Assembly: GCF_001194135.2 (NCBI RefSeq)
Contig: NC_068988.1
Span: forward strand, 1,207,005 to 1,253,494
DNA length: 46,490 nt
From: Octopus bimaculoides
Lineage: Eukaryota
Direction: 5' to 3'
A program made the translations under genes and the position numbers. The notes under the pieces were generated by a model, which did no database searches, had not been told where the DNA came from, and saw only the letters and a program-made list of their open reading frames with translations. Below are positions 13,320 to 24,564 of the stretch, one piece after another (the first letter of the stretch is position 1; the number at the start of each line of letters is the position of its first letter).

Positions 13320-13530
13320 CACCCCACTGGCAAGACAAGCAGGCCAACATCCCCACCTGACCAGAAAGCTGGTCTGTCACAGGGTGCACCCACTTACAGC
13401 TGAGTGGACTGGAGCAATGTGAAATGAAGCATCTTACTCAAGAACACAACATGCCACTCACTCCAAGACTTGAACCCATGATCTAGCGATCCTGAGTGCA
13501 ACACTCTAACCACAAGGCCACGTGCCTTCA
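13320..13530 (-). mobile_element. SINE-E (tRNA head + CORE-like block)
   Basis: Minus strand: GTGGCCTTGTGGTTAGAGTG...GGTTCAAGTC...TGTGTTCTTGAGTAAGATGC. Confidence 0.75.
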
Positions 13531-13732
13531 CACACAGAGTTTAAATAGCAGCAAGCATTACAGAAACTAAATCTGTGTAAGTGATTTCGAAAAATAAAAC
13601 AAAAAAATCAGATCTTTTTGTCTCCTTTCAATAATCCAGTTGGAGAGATGAAAAGTTCAATGAAAGGAATGTCATGTGATGACTAATCAATGATAATCTT
13701 AAGAAACATTAACTTACAAAAGAACATTAACC

Positions 13733-13751
13733 TCTCTCTCTCTCTCTCTCT

Positions 13752-13812
<61 letters not shown>

Positions 13813-13932
13813 AAGACAGACATACATAGATAGATAGATAGATAGAGAGAGAGACAGAGACAGACAGAGAGGGACAGACAGACAGATATAGATAGAGAGA
13901 CGGACAGACAGATATATATATATATATATATC
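13733..13932. repeat. Compound (CT)n/(CAGA)n/(GATA)n/(TA)n microsatellite
   Basis: Direct reading. Confidence 0.95.
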
Positions 13933-14351
13933 ATAAAGAAGCTGAGGAATTTTCTTTTTTGCCAAGCAATTATCGAACAAACTCATAAGAAACACATGCT
14001 TATTTTGAAAAGTAGTTAGCTGGTTTTATCAGATATAGATAGATAATCTATAATCCTGTTTAACACCATCATCTGGCCCTTGGATACCTCTATCAAGGTC
14101 CACTTTTTAGCAAGCATCTGAGTCAAGTCTCCAGTCTAAGAACAACTTCCATCCACCAGGCCCGGACACTGTGAAATGCTTCCTTTCCTTCTCTGACTAA
14201 ACACTAATGTAAAGTTTTGTAAAGTTTTTTAATTAAAAAATTCCTCATTAAAGAACTAACAGCTGACCTGAAATTATTTTGTAAAATCTGTAAATCATAA
14301 AGTTTTAAAAGAATCAGAAACAGACTTAAACATAAACCGGACAGGTGTGTA

Positions 14352-14725
14352 AGTGTGGCCATGTGGTTAAGGAGATTGCTTTCCAGTCATGTGGTTTCAG
14401 GTTCAGTCCCACTGTGCAGCATCTTGAGCAAGTGTTTTCTATTGCCCTGGGCTGGACAAAGTCTTGTGAGTGGATTTGGTAGACAGAAACTGAAAGAAGC
14501 CCATTATATGTGTATGTATGTCTTTGCGTTTGTCCCCTATTAATACTTGGCAACCAGTGTTGGTTTGTTAACGTCCCTGTAACTTCATAGTCCAGCAAAA
14601 GAGATTGATAGAATACCAGGCTTAAAAAAAATAAGAACTGGGGGTCAATTTGTTTGACTAAATTCTTCAAGGCAGTGCCCGATCATGACCACAGCCCTAA
14701 GACTGAAACTGGTACAAGATAAAAA
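14352..14725 (+). mobile_element. SINE-A, about 100 bp from the coding-exon donor
   Basis: Family head to tail. Confidence 0.9.
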
Positions 14726-14820
14726 ATAATTACAACCAGAAAATAACGATGTCTAATTAAAAATATTAGCAAGTCAATGTAGGGAAAAGGGAGTAGACAA
14801 CAAAATTCAAACTCAATTAC

Positions 14821-14872
14821 CTTCATCTTCTTCAAAGTCATCTAAAACTTTATCCAGATCAACGATATCCAT
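14821..14872 (-). CDS. ZFYVE9: First coding exon of a SARA/endofin (ZFYVE9/ZFYVE16)-like FYVE-domain gene; partial CDS MDIVDLDKVLDDFEEDE + 1 nt
   Basis: Minus strand reads tttgcctttttgttatttcag|ATCATAGCAGCATCCAAGATGGATATC...GAAGATGAAG|gtaatt: a 70-nt exon (14890-14821) with canonical acceptor and donor. The ATG at 14872 is in a strong context (AAGATGG). The peptide matches the xLDKVLD(D/E)FE N-terminal motif of ZFYVE9/ZFYVE16, recalled rather than searched. ZFYVE9 versus ZFYVE16 cannot be resolved from 17 aa. No downstream exon was found in 1-14800. Confidence 0.75.
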
Positions 14873-15296
14873 CTTGGATGCTGCTATGATCTGAAATAAC
14901 AAAAAGGCAAAACAGTTTTTACTTCAAAGCATTCAATGATATTTTGACAAGCAGAAAAATGTCAGCCTTTCTGTTTACAATGATTAGCCTTGGCTGGACT
15001 TTTTTAAGCTGACTAAAACTAGGCCTTGGTTATTATCACACTCAAAACAATAGAGCTATAAAACTGGTTAAAAGTTTACCAATCAATAATTAATACATCT
15101 CATTAAATCAGACAATCAAATCAAAGACTCCAGCTGACCTCACTTCAAGTTGACAGCCAGAAATCACATTTAAAATAGATCTTTTCCTTTCAACCAGAAT
15201 AAATAAGAAATAATGTTGTGTTTTTCTCTAAATTAAAAAAAAAACTTAATATTTATAATAGTAATACTTCTTTCTAATAGGTGCAGGTATCACAGA

Positions 15297-15375
15297 TGTG
15301 GCTGTGCGATAAGAAGTTTGCTTCTCAACCACATGGTTCAGTCCCACTGCATGGCACCATGGGTGTCTTCTACTA
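15297..15375 (+). mobile_element. SINE-A 5' part, abutting SINE-C
   Basis: GTGGCTGTGCGATAAGAAGTTTGC...GTGTCTTCTACTA. Confidence 0.8.
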
Positions 15376-15555
15376 TTCGATTCCAAGCAGGGACCTGAAT
15401 AATAATAATAACATCAAAAAATACCTTAGGAATGAGAACCCAGGTTCGAAATTTCCCCCAAGACACCTGAAGAAGGCTGGAGGGTATATCAGCCAAAATG
15501 TTGTGTTAACAACAAACAAGATGAGGACAAATATCCGTCAATTGTAAATAATGTT
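15376..15555 (+). mobile_element. SINE-C, 5'-truncated at the B box
   Basis: TTCGATTCC...(AAT)n...ATACCTTAGGAATGAGAACCCAGG...GTAAATAATGT aligns with the other SINE-C copies. Confidence 0.85.
15462..15507 (+). ncRNA. Minimal type I hammerhead ribozyme motif (degenerate copy)
   Basis: GACAC CTGAAGA A GGCTG gagggtatat CAGCC AAAAT GTT GTGTT. Confidence 0.55.
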
Positions 15556-15699
15556 CATTTGTGCTAGTTTTGTAAAAGATAAAATTAGTAAATGCTTGCT
15601 ATGTCACCAATGAAAATGTTTCACTGATTGTAATGTCAGCAATGTGTGTGGGAGGGCAGTGACCACGAGTAATAATTAACAGAGGAACCCATAGTTCAA

Positions 15700-16000
15700 C
15701 TGGAGACAATCTCTGGTGGTGCCAGTGACATTGATAACATGGCACCCAGTAAATACTGTAAACTGGTTGGTGACAGGAAGAGTATCCAGCTACAAACCAC
15801 CACCACCCACTCCACGTCTTGTACCCTTCACCCTCCATAAAACACATCTACAACAACAGCAGAGGTGGCTGTATTTTCTCTGTTGCTGTGTAGATCAGAT
15901 GACAGAGAACCGTATAGAGATGCAAGGTGTTCTAAGACCTGTCCATCCCATGACAGCCTGGGAAAATCACATGCAAAACCATGATGGTGATGATGATGGT
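15700..16000 (+). mobile_element. SINE-B-related, diverged
   Basis: GGAAGAGTATCCAGCT...CCATCCCATGACAGC..(GAT)n. Confidence 0.6.
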
Positions 16001-16253
16001 GTTGACAATGGCACGAGTGTTAGTGTGACATGCGATATATGAATGTTTGATAAAGTAGGAACATCGGAATCTGTATTTAGTCAGTGTAGAGAGAACAATG
16101 GAATAAATGTAATAGAATATTAGAATAATTCATTTAAAGGATGTAAAATAATTCCCAAATTCTGTGGACTGTCCACAATATGAGTAACCTGAAAATCTGA
16201 AGGAAGCATGCATGCATACATACATACATACATACATACATACATACATACAC

Positions 16254-17010
16254 AGTTGCCCGAAAATGTCATCATGATATTATCTACTAATGAGACATGA
16301 TGTTGTAGCTAGGACACTCTATAATGAAATCCATCAAAAGGATAATCCCGAGGACAAGGAAATAAAAACCCACAAAATGGTAGAAGCCATAGCGACTCAT
16401 AATGAACAGGAATACTGGTGGAATGTCCCAGTGAAGACCTTGATAAAATGTAAGCACAACAAACCTGATATAATGATTTGGGATAGAGAAGAGAAACTGT
16501 GCACAGTTGTGGAAATTAGCTGCTCAGTGGATGTTAACATAAAATGAAGATTAGTGAAAAAGAGAACACCTATGCTGAATTATTGAAAAATCTGCAAATA
16601 CTCTATCCAGATTACAAGTTCAAGTTTATATCTGTAATTATTGGGGCCCTGGGATATATAACATACTGCCTAAATACCAATCTTGAGAAATGAGGCTTCT
16701 CAAAACCAGAAAGGAGAAAACTGATCCGAAGACTACAGATCCAATCCATCACTGGAACTATAAAAATCTGTAAAACTTTCCAGAAGTTTATCATTTAAAT
16801 ATATATGAGCATGTATAGACATGTAACTCTATACATGAGAATACATACATAAAACATACAAATCTATACATACATACAAACAAACAAACAAAAATACCCT
16901 GTTGTTGATGTTGAAATTCGAATGAAGGAACCTTGGATCATGGTTAGAAACTGGTTCTTTCTCTATTGGCAAGAAATCTTGAAATAAACTGAATAATGAC
17001 ACACAGACAG
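16254..17010 (+). mobile_element. 3' end of an RLE-endonuclease non-LTR retrotransposon (R4/Dong/NeSL/CRE-type), pseudogenised, with 3' UTR
   Basis: SCPKMSS*YYLLMRHD...WWNVPVKT...KPDIMIWDREEKLCTVVEISC..DVNIK, then a frameshift to MKISEKENTY...VIIGALG...KICKTFQKFII* (stop 16796-16798). This gives the zinc-knuckle end, RHD and PD-(D/E)xK motifs. Confidence 0.85.
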
Positions 17011-17829
17011 ACATACATATATACATAGAGACAGACAGACAGATTTATCACTGAAGAGAACATAGCTTCCTGACTGACCTTTATAATATAATCACAGAAA
17101 CTAGAGCCTCCGCCATCTGACATAATTTCTGGCCATTGTTAATTAGTCATTTCAAAGAGACTATAATTATTAATAAAAACAAATTCTTACACTAATGAAA
17201 GAAAAATTAAAGGGCAAATCCTTTGCATACTGTTCACAAGGAAAAACAATTACATTTTAGGCAAACACATAAACATAATTTTAATCTCAATCAGTAATAA
17301 ATTAAAGATTTTCATAAATTCCAAAATCCTCTGAATTTATTCAAAAGACTTTTTTTTTTTTTTTTTTTTTTTTCTGTAGAGATAATCTTAACAAGTAATT
17401 CAAAACCAAGAAATATCTCATAAGCAATCAGAGTAAACTGTGAAATGTTGATACTCTAAATTTGTGACAAGGTCATTAAAAACAAACAGAATATGATAAG
17501 AGTACAAGAATTGAAAATGAAGTAAATATTCAAGAAAAACAAACGGGCAAAGTACTTAAGTTGTTAACTACAGAAATGGAAGAAAATAATAATAACTGAA
17601 GAGACATCTGAATGAATTAGAAGGACTAATTAATAAACAAGAGTTTTCTTCCTGGACTGAAAATAGAACAAACAGTGGCCCTGCTTGTACTTATTCTCAG
17701 GTTTATTTTAGGGAATGAGACTGAAGTATATTTTAAACTACGTCAGTCATTGTCTCTTATTTGACTTCTTTAAAAACAAACAATCAAAAAAAATAAATAA
17801 TCATGCCACTGGCAAGAAAACCTGCAGAT

Positions 17830-17990
17830 AAATCATCATCATTTAATATCCACTTTTTCATGCTTGCGTATGTCAGACAAAATTTGTGGTCTGTGGCTGG
17901 ATGCCCTTCCTGTCACCAACCCTTACCTGTCTCCAAGCAAGATAATATTTACTCATGGCTAGACATGTTCCATGGAAGACTGGCTTACAA
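17830..17990 (-). mobile_element. SINE-G, abutting the RTE fragment
   Basis: (ATC)n...CCAAGCAAGATAATATTT...GCTAGACATG. Confidence 0.75.
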
Positions 17991-17994
17991 CCAT

Positions 17995-18475
17995 CACACG
18001 ACAGGCTTTCCTCCAGTTTCTGTCCACCAAATGTTGACGATGGAGCAGAAGTAGTTGGTGGGAATGCTCAAAGAGTTGCAGAGGGTTGCAGTAGGCAATC
18101 CACAACTTGAGGCTATACAGCAGGATGGTCAGCACGAGCGTTCTGTACAATCTGCTTTTCTACCTCACCTTCAGAATATGCTGTTTCAGACTCTTTACAC
18201 AACCTGCAAAATGCACTGTTTAACTTTGGCTGCCGATTGCTAACCTCTTTGTCAATCTTACCCTTCAGCAAGATGATCAACCCCGTCACCTAAACTTGCA
18301 GACTGTCATCAGCCCTGGTGGATGATAATCTTGCTGGGGTATGGACCAGCAGAAAACATCTGTCTTCAAGCTGACTTCTCTTCTAAAGAATTCCACAACA
18401 GGATGTTAAATGATGAACAATTGGTTCAGTGTTAGCAACAAATGCTACCTCTTCAATGAGCCAATAGGAACCCCA
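17995..18475 (-). mobile_element. RTE-clade LINE fragment (RT from the LFADD region to the thumb), decayed
   Basis: EVAFVANTE...KIDKEVSNR...NSAFCRL...YRTLVLTILLYS, comparable to RTE DDAALVAHTE...IDDEVNARIAKASAAFGRL...VYRAVVLTTLLYG. Confidence 0.8.
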
Positions 18476-18810
18476 AATATTTGTTCAACACTGAGCAGAA
18501 ATAGTCTGGCAACATCATGGAAAGACTAAGAGGTTTCTCAAAATTCCTCAGCCACATCATTCAACTACATCATTCAACCACATCATTCAACTACATACAA
18601 AAACAAGTCCAGATACAAAAATGAACTCTCGGAACCCAAGATGTTATGGTGCGAGTTACGGCTGCATAAGCGTGCCAATGCTCTTCACCATTTGCTTATG
18701 ATGCTCATAAGGGTCATAAAAGACTCTGATGAGGAGGAAAATCTCTACATTTCTTACTGCACAAATGGCAGCCTGTTTCACTTCAAGTTACAACAGTTCA
18801 ACACAAAGAT
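18476..18810 (+). mobile_element. RTE-clade LINE fragment (RT, FDTVSR to GVKQG to LFNLRRL region), inverted relative to its neighbour
   Basis: FNT..RNSL.NIMERL..SKFLSHIIQLH...GASYGCISVPMLFTI...DSDEEENLYISYCTNGSLF. Includes a 13-bp triplication (ACATCATTCAACY x3) at about 18554-18592. Confidence 0.8.
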
Positions 18811-19235
18811 ACTGTGCATGCACGCATGCACACACATGTAAGCGTGTATGTCACCATCATCATTTTACATCTAGAAAGAAACATTAAAAGTATAAAAGAC
18901 CAAATTATCAAGAATAAAAAAAAGACACTGAGAGCTGCCTCACCAAGGAAACAAAGAAATAAGGGTCGGGGGGGAATTAAACAGCAAAAGAAAAAAGATG
19001 GGGGGTGGGAGAAACAGGTTGTACACTTCAGACCAAATGGTGTGTTCAGCCATGCCTCATGGACATAATGGCAAAGATGTTGCCACAGAGAATAGAATTG
19101 CTGCAACAGCCACCACCCCAAACTTGCAGGACTCATTTCTTGGATGGACCGCAGTTATCCCAATTTTGCAGAGGAAATTAGCAGCACAGGGTCCAAGAAC
19201 ACCTGAAGTCTTCCTCAATGGCAACCAACACAAAC

Positions 19236-19237
<2 letters not shown>

Positions 19238-19313
<76 letters not shown>

Positions 19314-19321
19314 GTGTGTGT
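19238..19321. repeat. (GT)n microsatellite
   Basis: Direct reading. Confidence 0.95.
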
Positions 19322-20083
19322 ACAGTGAAAAATGTGGTGCATGGGGATAATAAAGACGGAATAACCCAGAAAACACACACACACACAATGAATGCAGACA
19401 TTACATATACAATTCATATAATAATACGACATAATATATATAATATATATTTATATAATATTAATATAATATATATTATGTAATATTTTTGCTTCTTCTA
19501 TACATCAGAAAAGAGCCTTTGTTCTCCTTTAAAACAAGTATACTGTGTTGGCAAATTATTTATCATCTGTTTAGACTTCATTTTCTAGAATGGAATTCTA
19601 AGTAGATAATAGTAAAAGATTTCTTTGGATCTGTTGCACCATTCTACTGGTTATTTCACCATTAACATAATTCTGTCACCACTTTTACATACCAGGCATT
19701 CTTGTCTCTCATTTTCAATGGCTGTCACACTTACTTGCTGTTACACACACATATAATTTACACATGTTGACACACGCACACACATACTAGTACACACAGA
19801 CACACATGCAATAGACACAGGTGTATGCATTCACACACACACACAAATTAATGACAAAAAAGTGTGACAATCATTCAAAAGACAAGCAAGAATGCCTGAT
19901 ATGTAATAGCAGTGACAGAACCCCCATAAACAGTGAAACAGCCAGCAGAATGGGGCAACAGATCAGAAACAATGGTTCTAATATTATCTTCCATTTTCTG
20001 GGATGAAATTCTAAGTGGATTATAAAGCCATGGCTTTATTCTCATGGAAGGCAGATCTATGGAATATTTTTTCAATATTTTAA

Positions 20084-20282
20084 CCCTTTTGATACGAACC
20101 CACCTAAGACACAAACTTCGTTCTATGATACAAGCTTCCTGTTTTAAAGGATCTTAATTAAAACCTTCCATGTTAATTCACATTCCAAACATCAGTTTAG
20201 TAACTTTACTCAACTGTTCACTATTTTCAAAATTTATTAAAATAAAGCCAGTTGTTTCAACAGAAATATGGTAACACAAGGG
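20084..20282. mobile_element. piggyBac-like MITE (TTAA|CCCTT...AAGGG|TTAA) followed by a second copy of its 3' part to about 20445
   Basis: TTAA at 20080-20083 and 20283-20286, with short terminal inverted repeats. Confidence 0.7.
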
Positions 20283-20673
20283 TTAAAGTGATCTAAATTA
20301 AAACCTTCCACCAAAATCTCATATCAGTTTATCGTCCAAACACCAGCTTAATAATGACAAATAGATTGTACCAAATTCTTCATTATTTTCAAAATTAATT
20401 GAAATAAAGGCAGTGTTTGTCAACAGAAATATGGTAACAAAATGGTAGCCGTTTCTCTATGGCTGAGCTTGGACACATCTGAAATATCTGTTCTAATTTG
20501 TCCTCAAGTCAGCAATATGGATTTCTGCTGTCAAATTATTTAGATTTCTGTTCTATAATTATCTACTACATGTCTATATTTGTCTACATGTCTCACCGTT
20601 TCTGTTTGTTGATACAACTAATTAATACTTTAATAATTACACACCTCTAGCAAACAGCCAACTCTCCAATTAC

Positions 20674-20739
20674 CTTCGGCAGAAAAAAAGAGACATATTT
20701 CTTGATGCAAAACAGAATATCTATTCTATTTCTGTACTT
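20674..20739 (-). other. Candidate 66-nt 5' UTR exon
   Basis: ttacattttag|AAGTAC...CTGCCGAAG|gtaatt. The donor has the same GAAG|GTAATTG sequence as the coding exon. CpG is locally retained. Confidence 0.2.
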
Positions 20740-20802
20740 CTAAAATGTAACGGCTTAACCGTTCTCAGAAATAATCCTTCAGCTAAAGGAATTCTGAATT
20801 TA

Positions 20803-20810
20803 TGACGTCA
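20803..20810. promoter_or_regulatory. Full palindromic CRE (TGACGTCA)
   Basis: Exact CREB/ATF consensus with an intact CpG inside an otherwise CpG-poor intron. Function is not shown. Confidence 0.3.
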
Positions 20811-21503
20811 CCGATGTACCACATCGGGAGGCTAGCATCTTTGTGGTTTTATTTGCAGATCTTGAGATTAAAATTTTTTTCAAATATTATAAGTAGCAAT
20901 CTTTCAAATAGCTTTTTCGCAATTAAAGGAAACAACATTGGTGATAACTTAAAAGGATTAGCCAGCAGACACAGGAGATGAGAATGGATTTCTAAATTTA
21001 GCATCTGACAAGGAATTTCTGCAAGCTCCAGGAAAAATATTACAACTAAACTAAATACAAGTCATTTAAATCTTATGTTGTTCTGAAATTTAATTAGTTT
21101 TCTTTTGAAAATACACATCAATTGTGTGTTCTGAATCGGCATATTTATTTTAAAGGGCAAATCTTCAATTTTTCAAACACTACAAAAAAAAAAAAAAAAA
21201 AAAAAAATTTAATTAAAAGCTGACAAATGGCTTTGCTTGAACAGATCAGTTTTCTTATAGAAAACTTATAAAATTAGAGATCAATTTCTTAAAGAAAACC
21301 TAGAAGACTGTAACCATTGCAGTGTAAAGAAAAGAATAAATTGTTGACATTATTCTAAGAAGCATTGTAGAAAAACAAGAATCAACAAAATATATTTTCT
21401 CTCAATAAAAACAGAATTATTTGTACGAAATATTAACATTAGAAATGTTTTTATTAGATGAAAAAATACAAATAGTAACTCAATAAGCTTATATTTGTAT
21501 ACA

Positions 21504-21840
21504 GGCACGGGCTGCGTGGCAAGAAGTTTGCTTCCCAACCGCATGGTTCTAGGTTCAGTCTCACTGTGTGGCACCTTGGGCAAATGTCTTCTACCACAGC
21601 CTCAGGCCCACCAAAGCCTTGTGAATGGATTTGGTAGATGGAGTCTGAAAGAAGCCTGTTATGTGTGTATCCCACCACCACTTGACAACCAGTGTTGGCA
21701 TGTTTACATCCCCATAACTTAACCGCTCAGCAAAAGGCTTAAAATTTAATAGGTACTGGGGTCAGTTTGTTTGACAAAAATTCCTCAAGGTGGTGCCCCA
21801 GCATGGCCACAGTCTAATGCCTGAAACAAGATGAAAGGTA
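21504..21840 (+). mobile_element. SINE-A
   Basis: Family head to tail. Confidence 0.9.
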
Positions 21841-21899
21841 TTGACATGATAATGGTATCCTACATTTTCATGCCAATATCCTCTAAAAAATATACCTCA

Positions 21900-22140
21900 C
21901 ATCGTTTAGTCAACATTACTTTAAAGTCCCCTTTTCCATGTTTGCATGGGTCAGACAGAATTTGTTGAGGCAGATTTTCTATGGCGAGATGCTCTTCCTG
22001 TCGGTAACCTTCCCTTGTTTGCAAGCAGAAGTAATATTTTCCTATGACCAGACATACATTTCATGGAAGACTAGAAACAAAGAACATCACTTGTATGATG
22101 GTGACACTCCTTTATGACTATCGCATGCTATCTACACACA
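21900..22140 (-). mobile_element. SINE-G
   Basis: Family block. Confidence 0.7.
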
Positions 22141-22310
22141 CACACATTCATACGACAAGCTTCTTTTAATTTCCATCTACTAAATCCACTCACAAGGCTT
22201 TGGTTGGCCTAGGGCTACAATAGAAAACAGTTAAATAAGGCACCATGTAGTGGGACAGAACCTGTAACCTCATGGTTGGGAAGCAAGCTTCTTAACCCGA
22301 CAGCCACACT
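22140..22310 (-). mobile_element. SINE-A 5' half
   Basis: Reverse complement of the head and CORE-like block. Confidence 0.8.
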
Positions 22311-23024
22311 TGTGTCTTATACAAACAAAAAAACTTCTTCCTGAGGTATTTACTGCATTAGTTGCCTGAAGACTATGGACTTGTCCCATCTTGAACAATA
22401 AGCAAAGGATGATTTAGGCAAAAAATACATTGAAAAAAAAAAGAAAAACGTTTTATGAATGAATTTAGCTGCCAAGATTTTTAATGTAAAAGGTTTTAGA
22501 TATTACAAGCACCAATTGAAGAGAGTCAAGAGGAACAAGACCAGTGAGAAGAGGAAGACCTACCTGGTGCTTGCCAGGTGACCACATTACCATTACAGAA
22601 CACTTGCCGCTGCCATTCCTACTCTCTCAAATTAGGTAACAGGATATGTAACACTCTCTCTCTATATAAATATTATATATAACACTAATGACTAAAATAG
22701 CAAACTGCCAACTTGGATTCAAATTTTACTGAGAAATAACACAATAAATACTATTATTATTGAATTAACTGCTAAGATTTTCTGTATAAAATGGAATTAG
22801 ACACACAGTGTTTTACCATTTTTCTAAAATGCAAATGTCTATAAAAACCCTCTAAGTCCTCTCTTTCTCTCTCTCTCTCTCTCTCTCTATTTTATTTATT
22901 TATTTTAAAAAATGCTTAACTCAGTTTCATAACATTCTACAGAAGAGCAATAAAAAACAAAAACAAAAAAGGATGTCTTGTACAAGACACCAGTCTATCA
23001 TTGCTAATATTCTTAGATGCAGAC

Positions 23025-23185
23025 ATGGCTGCATGGTAATGAAATTTGCTTTGCAACCATGTGGTTTGGGTTCAATCCCATTCTACAGCACCTTGTGCAA
23101 GTGTTTTCTATTATAACATTGTGTTGACTAATGTCTTGGGGGTGAAATTTGTGAGATAAAAACTGAGAGGAAGCCCATTGTGTAA
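23025..23185 (+). mobile_element. SINE-A 5' half, diverged
   Basis: Head to GAAGCCC. Confidence 0.75.
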
Positions 23186-23237
23186 AGTCACCAGTGACTT
23201 CAATACATGCATCACCTCTTAGTTTTCACACCACCCC

Positions 23238-23273
<36 letters not shown>

Positions 23274-24050
23274 TACTGAACCATTAGCACAAGAAGCAAA
23301 TAATTTGCTATTCTGAAATGTCTTCTTCAATTAGTGTCCGCCGCCAACCTCTATCACTAAATGTCACATTTATTTGCTAAATAATTGTGACCTCCTTCCT
23401 GCTTCCAAATCAATCATTGAAATTCCTGCCCAATCAGGGTAACATGCCCTCTTATGAAATCAGGGTAACATACCTTCCTATGAAACATTGTAAATTGACC
23501 CCAGAAACCTCAGGTAATTCAGTTTAAGTAACTACACCAAACTTTACTATTTCTAGACCAATTAACCTGGAAGGAGACGTGCTTCTTATTTTGACCCAAT
23601 TGAGACGCATCCTTCCATTTTCGTCATGCCATCAAAATACTGGGTCCCCCCTCCCTTCTACACACACATGGTTTTGCAGCTGCTCTGAAACTTCATAGGT
23701 GAAAAATACAGCTAGCAACACCTGGAGGAAGTCACTTCCTCATCATGATGAGGCATTTAATCCCCATCAGCGCAAAGAATGATTCTGTACGTAACACAGC
23801 CTCAACACTCAACCACTTTCCAAATTACAGCCAGGCCATCGGGTATTTTGCCAAGAAAGTTTCTGCTTCCTTCGCAGACTCATCCTGGTTGCCACTCCTC
23901 TAACAAGATGCTTCCTGCTGGTAAAACAATTTATTGCTCATTGCACACACTACATGCATATAACACTCTCAAGGGCATCCAAACTTTATTCATTAAATAG
24001 AAAAGTAATACACAGAACACACACACTTAAAATAGAACTAATAATTCTTT

Positions 24051-24240
24051 GTAATATAGGCACAAGGCCTGAAATTTGGGGGGAAGGAGGCCAGTCGTTT
24101 AGGTCAACCCCAGTACACAACTGGTACTTAATTTATCAATCCCAAAAGGATAAAAGGCAAAGTCAACCTCAGTGGAATTTGAACTCAGAACATAGCATTT
24201 TGCTCGGTGTGCTAACAATTGTGCCAGCCCGCCACCTTAA
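24051..24240 (-). mobile_element. SINE-F
   Basis: Reverse complement of GGCGGGCTGGCACAATTGTTAGCA...CTGAGTTCAAATT...GACTTTGCCTTT...AGTACCAGTT. Confidence 0.8.
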
Positions 24241-24267
24241 AACTGGAACTAACAATGAGAAAACCAA

Positions 24268-24485
24268 GGTGGACGAGCTGGCAGAAGCATTAACACACTG
24301 GGCAAAATGCTTAGTGACATTTTGTTTGTCTTTACATTCTGAGTTCAAATTCTGCTGAGGTTGACCTTGCCTTTCATCCTTTTGGGGTCAATGAAATAAG
24401 TACCAGTTGAATACTGGGGTTGATGTAATTGACTAAACCCCTACCCTGAACGTGCTGGCCTTGTGCCAAAATTTGAAACCAATAT
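24268..24485 (+). mobile_element. SINE-F
   Basis: GAGCTGGCAGAAGC...TCTGAGTTCAAATTCTGCTGAGGTTGACCTTGCCTTTCATCC...GGCCTTGTGCC. Confidence 0.85.
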
Positions 24486-24564
24486 ATTGCAAAACTGAAC
24501 ATTTAAAACTCTAACAACAACAACAAACTTCAGAATAAACTTCATATCATTAATGAAATGTACA

